Shown one piece after another: positions 1 through 12,700 of a stretch of DNA of 64,000 nt (positions within the stretch are counted from its first letter, which is position 1; each line of letters opens with the position of its first letter). The notes beneath the pieces were generated by a model, which searched no databases, had not been told where the DNA came from, and was given only the letters and a program-made list of their open reading frames with translations. This stretch comes from Balanoglossus misakiensis. Lineage: Eukaryota > Animalia > Hemichordata. Both the position numbers and the translations under genes were made by a program. The stretch lies in contig CM082593.2 in the NCBI GenBank assembly GCA_040954595.2, positions 11,049,477 through 11,113,476 on the forward strand, written 5' to 3'.

Positions 1-3000
1 GCAAGGGTTGACCCCACCAAACACTCATAATTGATGGGCACGACACTGGCCACTAGCTCTGGCCTGGCTAATCAAGGTTGACGCAAGGGTTGACCCCACC
101 AAACACTCAAAATTGATGGGCACGACACTGGCCACTAGCTCTGGCCTGGCTAATCAATGTTGACGCAAGGGTTGACCCCACCAAACACTCAAAATTGATG
201 GGCACGACACTGGCCACTAGCTCTGGCCTGGCTAATCCAGGTTGACGCAAGGGTTGACCCCACCAAACACTCAAAATTAATGGGCGCGACACTGGCCACT
301 AAGCTCTGGCCTGGCTAATCAAGGTTGACGCAAGGGTTGACCCCACCAAACACTCAAAATTGATGGGCACGACACTGGCCACTAAGCTCTGGCCTGGTTA
401 ATCAATGTTGACGCAAAGGTTGACCCCACCAAACACTCAAAATTAATGGGCGCGACACTGGCCACTAGCTCTGGCCTGGCTAATCAATGTTGACGCAAGG
501 GTTGACCCCACCAAACACTCAAAATTGATGGGCACGTCACTGGCCACTAGCTCTGGCCTGGCTAATCAAGGTTGACGCAAAGGTTGACCCCACCAAACAC
601 TCAAAATTGATGGGCACGACACTGGCCACTAGCTCTGGCCTGGCTAATCAAGGTTGACGCAAGGGTTTACCCCACCAAACACTCAAAATTAATGGGCGCA
701 ACACTGGCCACTAAGCTCTGGCCTGGCTAATCAAGGTTGACGCAAAGGTTGACCCCACCAAACACTCAAAATTGATGGGCACGACACTGGCCACTAGCTC
801 TGCATGGCCTGGCTAATCAAGGTTGACGCAAAGGTTGACCCCACCAAACACTCAAAATTGATGGGCACGACACTGGCCACTAGCTCTGCATGGCCTGGCT
901 AATCAAGGTTGACGCAAAGGTTGACCCCACCAAACACTCAAAATTGATGGGCACGACACTGGCCACTAGCTCTGCATGGCCTGGCTAATCAAGGTTGACG
1001 CAAAGGTTGATCCCACCAAACACTCAAAATTAATGGGCGCGACACTGGCCACTAAGCTCTGGCCTGGCTAATCCAGGTTGACGCAAGGGTTGACCCCACC
1101 AAACACTCAAAATTAATGGGCGCGACACTGGCCACTAAGCTCTGGCCTGGCTAATCAATGTTGACGCAAGGGTTGACCCCACCAAACACTCAAAATTGAT
1201 GGGCACGACACTGGCCACTAGCTCTGGCCTGGCTAATCAAGGTTGACGCAAAGGTTGACCCCACCAAACACTCAAAATTGATGGGCACGACACTGGCCAC
1301 TAGCTCTGGCCTGGCTAATCAAGGTTGACGCAAGGGTTTACCCCACCAAACACTCAAAATTAATGGGCGCAACACTGGCCACTAAGCTCTGGCCTGGCTA
1401 ATCAAGGTTGACGCAAGGGTTGACCCCACCAAACACTCATAATTGATGGGCACGACACTGGCCACTAGCTCTGGCCTGGCTAATCAATGTTGACGCAAGG
1501 GTTGACCCCACCAAACACTCAAAATTGATGGGCACGACACTGGCCACTAAGCTCTGGCCTGGCTAATCAAGGTTGACGCAAGGGTTGACCCCACCAAACA
1601 CTCATAATTGATGGGCACGACACTGGCCACTAGCTCTGGCCTGGCTAATCAAGGTTGACGCAAGGGTTGACCCCACCAAACACTCAAAATTGATGGGCAC
1701 GACACTGGCCACTAGCTCTGGCCTGGCTAATCAATGTTGACGCAAGGGTTGACCCCACCAAACACTCAAAATTGATGGGCACGACACTGGCCACTAGCTC
1801 TGGCCTGGCTAATCCAGGTTGACGCAAGGGTTGACCCCACCAAACACTCAAAATTAATGGGCGCGACACTGGCCACTAAGCTCTGGCCTGGCTAATCAAG
1901 GTTGACGCAAGGGTTGACCCCACCAAACACTCAAAATTGATGGGCACGACACTGGCCACTAAGCTCTGGCCTGGTTAATCAATGTTGACGCAAAGGTTGA
2001 CCCCACCAAACACTCAAAATTAATGGGCGCGACACTGGCCACTAGCTCTGGCCTGGCTAATCAATGTTGACGCAAGGGTTGACCCCACCAAACACTCAAA
2101 ATTGATGGGCACGTCACTGGCCACTAGCTCTGGCCTGGCTAATCAAGGTTGACGCAAAGGTTGACCCCACCAAACACTCAAAATTGATGGGCACGACACT
2201 GGCCACTAGCTCTGGCCTGGCTAATCAAGGTTGACGCAAGGGTTTACCCCACCAAACACTCAAAATTAATGGGCGCAACACTGGCCACTAAGCTCTGGCC
2301 TGGCTAATCAAGGTTGACGCAAGGGTTGACCCCACCAAACACTCATAATTGATGGGCACGACACTGGCCACTAGCTCTGGCCTGGCTAATCAATGTTGAC
2401 GCAAGGGTTGACCCCACCAAACACTCAAAATTGATGGGCACGACACTGGCCACTAAGCTCTGGCCTGGCTAATCAAGGTTGACGCAAGGGTTGACCCCAC
2501 CAAACACTCATAATTGATGGGCACGACACTGGCCACTAGCTCTGGCCTGGCTAATCAAGGTTGACGCAAGGGTTGACCCCACCAAACACTCAAAATTGAT
2601 GGGCACGACACTGGCCACTAGCTCTGGCCTGGCTAATCAATGTTGACGCAAGGGTTGACCCCACCAAACACTCAAAATTGATGGGCACGACACTGGCCAC
2701 TAGCTCTGGCCTGGCTAATCCAGGTTGACGCAAGGGTTGACCCCACCAAACACTCAAAATTAATGGGCGCGACACTGGCCACTAAGCTCTGGCCTGGCTA
2801 ATCAAGGTTGACGCAAGGGTTGACCCCACCAAACACTCAAAATTGATGGGCACGACACTGGCCACTAAGCTCTGGCCTGGTTAATCAATGTTGACGCAAA
2901 GGTTGACCCCACCAAACACTCAAAATTAATGGGAACGACACTGGCCACTAGCTCTGCATGGCCTGGTTTATCAATGTTGACGCAAAGGTTGACCCCACCA

Positions 3001-3552
3001 AACACTCAAAATTAATGGGCACGACACTGGCCACTAGCTCTGCATGGCCTGGTTAATCAATGTTGACGCAAAGGTTGACCCCACCAAACACTCAAAATTA
3101 ATGGGCACGACACTGGCCACTAGCTCTGCATGGCCTGGTTAATCAATGTTGACGCAAAGGTTGACCCCACCAAACACTCAAAATTAATGGGCACGACACT
3201 GGCTACTAGCTCTGCATGGCATGGTTAATCAATGTTGACGCAAAGGTTGACCCCACCAAACACTCAAAATTAATGGGCACGACACTGGCCACTAGCTCTG
3301 CATGGCCTGGTTAATCAATGTTGACGCAAAGGTTGACCCCACCAAACACTCAAAATTAATGGGCACGACACTGGCCACTAGCTCTGCATGGCCTGGTTAA
3401 TCAATGTTGACGCAAAGGTTGACCCCACCAAACACTCAAAATTAATGGGCACGACACTGGCCACTAGCTCTGCATGGCCTGGTTAATCAATGTTGACGCA
3501 AAGGTTGACCCCACCAAACACTCAAAATTAATGGGCACGACACTGGCCACTA
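1..3552. repeat. 82-bp satellite array (~43 monomers; 82/83/86-bp variants), runs off the left edge of the window
   Basis: Monomer gcaagggttgaccccaccaaacactcaaaattgatgggcacgacactggccactagctctggcctggctaatcaaggttgac recurs at 1, 83, etc. Variants carry +a (actaagc) or +4 bp (ctctgcatggcc). The array ends abruptly at ~3552. Confidence 0.98.
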
Positions 3553-4574
3553 CATGTATTTGTGATATTTTACATGGTTAACCACGCCTTGAGAAAAGTA
3601 ATCATAAGAGAACTTTGTTTCCAAAGTTAGGGGAGAATAATCTAACGGGAGATGGGAGTACCTCAGGCTACTGAGCTCGTTCCCTTCCTCATGTACTTTA
3701 CTGGGCGTATTTGATGTACTATAATAATTCCGGACAATAAATGAACGTAAATCAAATACGTTTCTCCGTGGATCACGGTTCTCGTCAGAGCCCGTTACCT
3801 CATCGCTACAGATTCCCCGATGCATGAACAATCATGAGAAACCAGCGGTAATACAAGTGTCACGATTGAGTTTTAACGATCATAGATCTTGTTTATGATT
3901 ACGTAAGAAGTCATTCACTTATATGGTTTTAGTCCAGTATTGACATTGGTACTTGACCCAGAGTAAACAACATTGTGTAATTGATACATGTCAGAACGAG
4001 ATAGAGATATCACGCGCTAAGTTCATGTTTAAGAAATATCAAGATGACGTGTTCCTTTTATGACTTAATACTTGACTAACGTATTAATAAGGTGTGGTGA
4101 AATTTGAGATCACACATTTATCACCGGAGATCCGTGATGGGAGTCAACGAGCATGGATCGAGTCGTGTAATTCTTACGTGTGACCAGTAATAAACCAGAA
4201 CTTTGTGTTACTCGGAAAACTTCTTGCAAGTCTCTGTCTACGAAAGGTTTACGATCTGCCGGGTACCTCTCTCGGACTTTATGAATATGTTGGGTGGAGA
4301 AGGAGATGGAGTGAATGTACGCCGTCAGCTTTCGGACGTGGCTGATTCCCCACAGAAGCCGATGAGGTAAACGTCCGGAGGACGACCGGCCGTAACAACA
4401 AACTGCATGAATTAAAGTTCAACAATCCTTAGAAGACAGGAACGTCAGAGGTTGAATCTTGATGGGAAAAGGCGAGGTATCGCTGGTTATCATCGGCGTA
4501 CTGATGAAATTGTAGGATGTGGGGACGAATCGGTTTACTATACAGTTGGGCTATATAAATGGTGAACAACAGAG

Positions 4575-4715
4575 GGGCAGTGGCACCCCGTATACGAGAG
4601 GTGACTGTGAACTTGCAGTGTTTTCGATGATTACAGTTTGATATCTATATTGAAGGTAAGATGTAAACCATGTTAGTACTGTGTCTGAGATGCCAAGGTT
4701 CGATAGTCTACAAAG
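4575..4715 (-). mobile_element. Short degenerate LINE (CR1/L2-like) reverse-transcriptase fragment
   Basis: Translation LSNLGISDTVLTWFTSYLQYRYQTVIIENTASSQSPLVYGVP matches the non-LTR RT segment preceding GVPQGS. The same segment occurs at 32900-33020. Confidence 0.8.
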
Positions 4716-6477
4716 AAGTATCCCGTGATGCAAATGTACAACTGAAGAAAAAAGGAATCACAAATCTTAAAACTAAGATGCCGTTAAGAATTAAATTTCG
4801 CGAAAAGGAAGTGACGAAATACGTACATTTTCAGGTGCTCTACAACAAGTAGTCTCCCTATCATCCCTATTGGAGCATGCAGCTAAAATTTACCATGACG
4901 TCATTGATTCTACGCGAACGTTTTTCTAATGGCGATAAACATATTTTGTATAAATTGTGCTCAAACGCCCGTGAATCTCACTCGCAAAAATTCACAAGTG
5001 GCGCAAACAACACTAGGAAGAAAATTGTTTAGCAGTCTATAGAGTTTGTGACCTGAGATTTGGAAGTAAAAGTTAAACTTAAAAGTTGAGACAGAAGTGA
5101 TTGAAGAGTAAAGAAACTTTTGAAGTGTTAAGAAAGTTATCGCATTCCTGATGAAAAGAAAAGAAAATACAATACATTCATTGTTTTAAGGAACACAAGG
5201 AAGACAAGTACTATGCAATCAGAGTATGCATGGATCATTCATCTAAAAATATATCTCCGCGTCTTTTGGCGGGTAAAAATAAAATGCTGGAACGGTCTTT
5301 TGGATGGCGGACTATTTGTGTCCTTCTTGTCCTCAGAACGCAAGTGGTCGAGTAGGTTTATTTCATTAAATTCTTATATTCTCAGTTGCTACCATAAATA
5401 CCCAGTGTTCGTGTCGATGTATCTGGACGTCAGCACGATTCCATATAGGTACCTCTCAGTATTAGCCAAGCGAGTTATCCCCATCGATAGAGTTTAATTC
5501 CCCGTTACATTCCCAACACCAATCCTCCCGCGTGACATTGAGGTTGAAGGTATACAAACCTTAGGAATCATGCAACCATCCAGAAAGTGTAATAAATTTT
5601 GAAGCTATGATGTGAGTTTTCAGTTCGTTTCTTCTTTTGATTTGTTGATGTAACATTGTGCGTTTTAAATAAAAGATAAAAAAATGTACAGCAATGACGT
5701 CACAAAATTCACTGGTATTGATAAAGCTATATTATATCATATATTATATGTGTTAAATACTACCGTATCTCATTATTGCAGTATTTCGTGCTTTAACACA
5801 AAATACGCGAAAAGGGTTTAATACAAAACTAAATGACACAATTTCTGTTTCTTTGCCAAAATTCTTAATCACAAGATCATCCCATCCTTACGCCTCTACT
5901 CTATTGCTAAGAGAAACCATCGTCCGTAACATGCATTGTGAAACCCCTCAACAACATGCATGTCAACACTTCATTTTTTCTCCAGCATTGTCAGTTTGGT
6001 ACCCTGACAACTCACGGGGCATCATGGGACAATATTAAAGCTGATTCAGTATTTATGTGCATAAAACACACGGCGGTGGAAACATTCGTTTTAAATTATT
6101 GTGGACGCGCGCACGCCCTTGTCTGTGTACAGGTACTTGATGCTTGTCTACAGTCACGTGAAACGCTGTTGGTAGTACCCTAGAAGATAGATATCTTTAA
6201 TCAGAACTTTGGTAAGGAAGGTTTGAGAAGTCCATTCTATGTAAAGAAAGTTTAAGAAGTGTGTTACCAAAGGGTGTGGGGGTGGCTGGGGGTCATCAAT
6301 ATATCACTCTGCATCACGTTCACAGAAAAGGTCGCGACACGCCCACAAATCCACTCACGACTTGCGTCACCGGTTACAGGAGTTCGTACAAAAGTGTGGT
6401 TTATGCACATTTACACTGAATCAGTTTTTTTGGCCCATGATGCCCATGGGCCAATACAGGCCACGATGCCTCCAGAA

Positions 6478-6720
6478 TGATGATGGCAATGATGGTGATG
6501 ATGATGATTGTGGTGGTGGTGGTGGTGGTGATTGAGCTTTAATTTCCCTTTCTTCCTGTCTAACCACTTCCTCTCTCACCTTCACTTATTCGGTCTCTCC
6601 CCTCCCCTTCTGTCAAAGTCCTCCCCTCATTCCCTTTCCATCCTGACATTCTCATTTCCGCCCTCTTGCTTTTCTTCTCCTTTCTCACATTCCTTTTCTC
6701 ACCTCTCTCCCCCCTCCGTA
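6478..6720. repeat. Low-complexity (GAT/GGT)n run followed by a polypyrimidine tract
   Basis: gatgatggcaatgatggtgatgatgatg...ggtggtggt, then ~180 bp of almost only C/T. Confidence 0.85.
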
Positions 6721-7353
6721 ACATGTTATGTAATATATAAAGTAAAAAAGTCCAAAGCATGATGTTATCACAGATGACATTTGGAATGTATTATTGTACT
6801 ATCTGGTTTAATTTCAAACATAGTGGAGTTATTTATTGGCCAGTATTTAAGCATGTTTAAAGAAGTCAAACAGCATAATAGGCACATTTCATATCAAACA
6901 AAATTGACCAAATAAGCTCAAAAGAGGATTTGAACAATTTGTCCCTTTAAGTAATGTTCAATATTGGACTTACACTTGTGATTGTATGTCATCTCCCTTT
7001 TGTTAGAAACCTCACAGTCATATAATAAACAGGTGACCTGACAATCATTTGAAATACCAAACTTCGGCAGCTATTCCAGTTTGGTCCAAAAACCTAATTT
7101 TAACTGGCACCTCAACTTTAGGACTATTATGGATGTTGCTGAAACTTGAAGTGGGCTGCTTGTGAAGAGGAAGACGTGGAGTGTCTCTCAGACAATGCTG
7201 CGCTCAGTCAGAGATAAAGTCAAAATATGGATTTGACTTGCAACAGTAATTTGTTAGTTAAGTCAAATTCAACTTAAATATGTCTCTTTGGGTCAGTCTT
7301 AACGGGTGTAGCATGCTGGAAGGGTGTGCTTACCCATTTCCGACACCTAGTAC

Positions 7354-7803
7354 CACAGGGGGCTGCAAACATGAAAGTTATAAATGGCGAAGTACGTTCC
7401 ATTCTGCGTTTTCCCAACCTGTCTTATCATTTGCTAATCCAGAATAAAAGCTATCCATTTCCCATTAATCACCTGCTAACGACTTAATCTGTGTGCCCCA
7501 TCCATGGATTAAGTTAATAAAGTAAACATCGGTCAGCGAGTACTGGGTATTCTCTTACCAAGTGAGAACTGACCGATGTTTACTTAATCCACTAAATCCG
7601 TGGATGGGGCACACAGATTAAGTCGTTAGCAGGTGCTTAATTGGAAATGCAATAGTTTGTATTCTGGATTAGCAACTGCTAAGACAGGTGGAGGTAACAC
7701 AGAAAAATAAACAAGCACAAAGACTGTTCATCAATTAATGTTTATTGGGGGAAAATGCAGGAACTCCGCCATTTATAACTTTCATGTTTGCAGCCCCCCT
7801 GTG
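7354..7803. mobile_element. ~450-bp almost fully palindromic MITE / foldback element
   Basis: Ends cacagggggctgcaaacatgaaagttataaatggcg ... cgccatttataactttcatgtttgcagcccccctgtg. Inner arms (7431-7536 vs 7569-7674) are also inverted. Confidence 0.85.
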
Positions 7804-9442
7804 CGAGTACTACCACTTAGCAGTGGTTCAAGATGATCCTATTGAAATTGTAAGTTTTTCTCTTATTTCTTTTTTGAACCTGGACCTGGTAATTAGCTTA
7901 GCTTGAGTAATATTGATTATTGGACCTGGTTTGATGTCTTATTATAACAACTACAGAAGAATCTCTGGACACAGTGAAATACACTCCAGGGTTATGGTAA
8001 TGACTGACAAATTGTCAGTTTAAAAAAGTAGACAAAGAACTCAGTTAAATATTATAATAAAAATATGCTTTTAATATAAGGAAAAGGTACAATTGATATA
8101 CTTGTAATTAAAACATAAATATAATGATGAAATTCTTCAACTGTTCTGTAGTTGCACCAGTATTTGTATAAGCTAAAAATGTTGACTTCTGGCAGGACAA
8201 CTCAAACAGATATTAAACTTATTTATAGTACTTCCACTTCATGACTTTGTTCAAAAATTTCCCAAACTTATTTCATTGTTGATGAGTTGTCACCTCCGAA
8301 CAACACAAAAAGGAACAGTTTGTATAAAAAAGTAATTTTGCATGAATCTTAAACATACATGCACAAGTTGAGTGAATAACACAATATAATCATATTCTAC
8401 AATGAATTACAATATCAAGATTAAGGGTTTCACATATGACATTACATTGCTACATTTTATATACATGAATTTAATTTGAAAAATTTCCATTGATCTATAA
8501 CACCATGAATAATATAAAAATATGCGAATAAATACTTTGAATTATTATATATACATGTCAGGTCTCAAAGTGAGTAACTATATTTCCATTCACCTATGAA
8601 CTGGTTATTAACCAAATGAAATGATAGGATCTTTTATTTTGAGGATCTTATAATTGTGATCATACACATCCATATTCCAAAATTCGCATGCCAAACAAAT
8701 ATCAGATTTATACGGCCAGTTGTAAAGACAGTACAAGGGGCAAAAAAATTGATAATAGTTAATCATCATCTCCCTTCTTTTACAGTCTTGGAGAATGGTG
8801 ACGGTTGAAGTCAAATTAAAGAAAAATATCAAGAAAAATATCAAAATTTGAGGCACTAATTCAGGAGGATATATATCATCGGGAGGTAGTCACTGAATAT
8901 ATTGAGAGAAATAATTCATAATCTATGCATTTGGATGAAAAGACCTTCTATCTGATCAAGTTAAGGATAAATGCTGCCTTGTATGAATACAGAAGCAAGT
9001 CAGCATGCAAAGGGAGAGCTGAATTGGTACACTGTTAAATTTGTCCTCCAAATTCAACAAAAATATGTTGTTGTTTAGGAATTCTCGTATTATCATATCT
9101 TTTTCATTACACAATACCTTATAATAAGTCATAACAAATTTTTAAGGAAAATTCTTTAAAATATGTAAAATATATAGCCTTATAACCAACATACTTTAAA
9201 GATGATTATTTATGATCATTTCATTCAGATGTTGCTAAGAGTGTAATAATAAAGATCTGTTTCACTCCAACCAATTTAATGTGCGCTTATCACAGTACTG
9301 TCGTCTGACAAAGCATAACTATTATTGTTATCATTTATGGGATTATACCAAGCTTATCACAGTACTGTGTCAACTCACAAAATGAAAACCATTCTAGTTA
9401 TCATTTGAATTATACCATACATGTACACACAGAGATGGCACA

Positions 9443-9707
9443 TTAGAAGTATCTGTCTCCGTGACTCTCATGAAATAGTTCATTTCTACTCTTAAGAGGC
9501 CTTGGTCTCCATTCCTCACTTCCACTGGCACTACCACTGTCGCCACTATACATGGGATTGTAGTGATAGATTTCTCTGAAGGCTTCCTCATCTTCCACAC
9601 TTTTCCCTGCCTTGCTATCAACATCATCTGTATCATCAAACCAATGGATATCCATAGTTGCCTCTTGTTCTTCCCAGCCTGGATGTTTCTTTCCTCCAAG
9701 AGCACAC
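9443..9707 (-). CDS. Terminal exon: acidic cytoplasmic tail with YxNPxY motif
   Basis: CALGGKKH...EIYHYNPMYSGD...GDRYF*; acceptor cag at 9708-9710, phase matches the TM exon. Confidence 0.85.
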
Positions 9708-12700
9708 CTGAATGTCAAATAGTTGAACATCATCAATGTGGGATTTGTTGTGATGTTGTTACTACTGTAGAATAACGCAGGTGGTTGTTGGACACTTTGC
9801 GGTCTGGTCGCGTGACTTTGCCTTGTTAGCCGCCATGCATGTTGAACGCAAATTATACCATGATGCACTGCAGTTACCCTATACGCGAATAGGTCTATGC
9901 ATGAACTCTTTGAATAAATTTGCTTCCACGATACAGATGTGATTATTTTTCACGTTGCCTCATGCATGTATGGAAAGATACAGGTAAATTCCCAGTTTTC
10001 TGATGGGCAACATTTCTACAGCTGTCTCGATTCTACTCTGGTAGTACTAAATAACTTACCGTTGGTACATGAGTAACATTATTACACCAAGCACTAACAC
10101 AGCCGCTAAACCTCCCGCAACACCACCAATGATGACAGCTGTGTCAACGGAGGAATCTGTAAGAGTTTAAATATTTATATTTGTCACGGGGGCGATATGC
10201 TACGATAAAAGCAAGACAACCATTCATTATGATGCTTAACTATTGTAAAATGGTTAGTTGACCAAAAATCTAGTTATACTGCAGATGTTGCAGTTTCACC
10301 ATTTTCACAAATATTTTCAAGACAACGTAAACTGTAATCATGTAGATCAAACAAATGTGTAAACTTTAGTGAATATTGTTTTTCAATCTTGAGTTATTAA
10401 AAGACAAAGAAATGTATACACACCTTTAACTTGCATTGGTATTCTCTGGCGGCAAGTTTCACCTTGATATTCATCAGTACATTCACAAACAGGATTGCCA
10501 TCACTGTCCTTGATGCAAACAGCATTGTTTGAGCAGAACCCTTCACATTTATCTAGACACAAGAATAAAATCACATCACATTATTCTACCTGACGAACCA
10601 TTTGTATTAGACAAGAACTAAACCCACTTGCAGATTCATTTCTTACAAACGGAATGGAAGTTGTGTGCTGTCGAACGTTGATTCACTATATATCCACATG
10701 TACCGGGTGAATAACATAAACAGTGTCTTGTATCAAACATAATTAATGGAAAAAGGGCAGCAAGAGAGATACTAAATCAACAGTAGTTTCTACGTTTTAG
10801 CTGTACATATTTCTGTTGACATTTCAGTTGTAGATAGTTACATACCTGTACAAGTTATTCCATCACCAGTGAAACCAGTTTTGCAAGTGCATTCATATCC
10901 TGGTACAAGATTCCTGCAAGTGACATTTGGGTGACAGTCATCCAGACCAAGACGACATTCATGTGCATCTAGAAAACAAAAATTCTTGCAATGTCTTTAA
11001 CTGACCACCAAATAAAACTATGGGATCTTCATACATATCACCAGTTAAAGGTATACGGTCACCTATGGAAAATTAGCTATAGTTACCATGGCAAAAGGAG
11101 ATCTAGCCAATCACAGATTTTCAGTGGGTGGCACATGCAAAAAAGAGCGCCACCATATGTTCTTTAGAACTCTCATATACTCCATTTCAGCCATATATGG
11201 GCGTTTGTAAATTGGAGGTGACTGTATACCTTTAAGTTAGATGACTACCCAGATGCAGTGCATGGTTATCACATTCCATAGCCTAACATGTAGAATTCTG
11301 AGAAAACAGTATTACAATATTGTTATTTCCGTGAAATTTTCAGAAAAGGTGTTAAAAGAGGAGCATTATTAAATTATATAAAAATATTGGATCACACAAC
11401 ATATCAAATGATACTCTAAATAAAGAAGAAAATTTCTTATAATGAAGTGTTTGTGTCAGATTGAACAGTTAAGGTTGATCTCCACAAGCACTTCATGCAT
11501 GTTATCAGTTCTATGATTATGAAAAAATTATTCCTACCATCACATTCTGTTTCATATAGGGCACCCTCTCTGCCTGTAGTGTAGCCAGTTGGGCATGGTT
11601 GACAAGCATCCTGGTTGAATTCAAAGTTATATGTTCCAACAGGGCATTTCTCACATCTATAGGACTCCTGATTCAAGTACCAACCAACATTGCAGTAAGC
11701 TGTTGATGGAATGGAAAAAGAGCATAGAATAAAATTGGAGGACTATCATTATTTTGAACAACTGAGGCACAATAATACAACCTTCAGTTCAGTACAGTTG
11801 AGATACAACATGAAAAGTTGTATACATAATACTTACAAACATTACAATCTTCACTTAAGGTTGAACCGACTGTTCTTGTGGTGAAGCCAAATGGGCACGG
11901 CATACAAGATGGCTGAAGTTCAGCATTTGATCGATAGGTTCCCATGGGACACGACTCACAAGACCCATTGACACTAAGTTGGACTCCCACTGATTTACAT
12001 ACCTCTGTAATTGAGAAGATTAATTTTTTGATATTCACGATTATCTGCTTTTCACTCACGTGAATTTGTTAAACTGTTGAATATGTTACATATCTGGCGG
12101 TTCTAAAGTAAAAACCTACTCGGAAAAAAGTTTACTGGATGCTGAAATATTGCTTGCCTGTCACTTACAAATGATAACGCCATGGGTACGTCACATGGCC
12201 AGATCATGTGATTGATAGTCAAGAATAGCAAATAACACAAGTACCTACCCTGACATTGTGACTCATCAGTAGCTCCTTCAACTAATGTAAGCATTCCCTT
12301 TGGGCAAGTATTACACACAAACTTTCCTTCTTCTGATTGCCAGAATCCAATGGGGCAGCTTTGGCACTGAGAAGTCCCGTTGTCAAAGTAGTGACCAACA
12401 TCGCACCTCTCTGCAATAGACATCATTGTTGAAGAATTATTTTTTCAACCAAAGAGATGAACATTCCAATTGTCATTCTTTCCATATTGGATCACACCAC
12501 AATAATTTGATATATACGTCACAATTCCCGGCAAGGGGTATGGGGTTTTATCGGGCCAGTGGCATGAGTGAGGCTAGACGCTAGTTTTGGAATACGGCTA
12601 GATACTAGGCTATGGCTGTGGACGAGGAGGAGATATTGCCTTCTGTTATACATACCAAAACACTGCAAGATGGATAATGATCTCTTTCCCCTGGTGACTC

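Noticed and set aside
1-3552. CRISPR-like array or repeated 61-aa ORFs
   Set aside because: Head-to-tail monomers with no unique spacers in eukaryotic DNA; the ORFs are by-products of the satellite.
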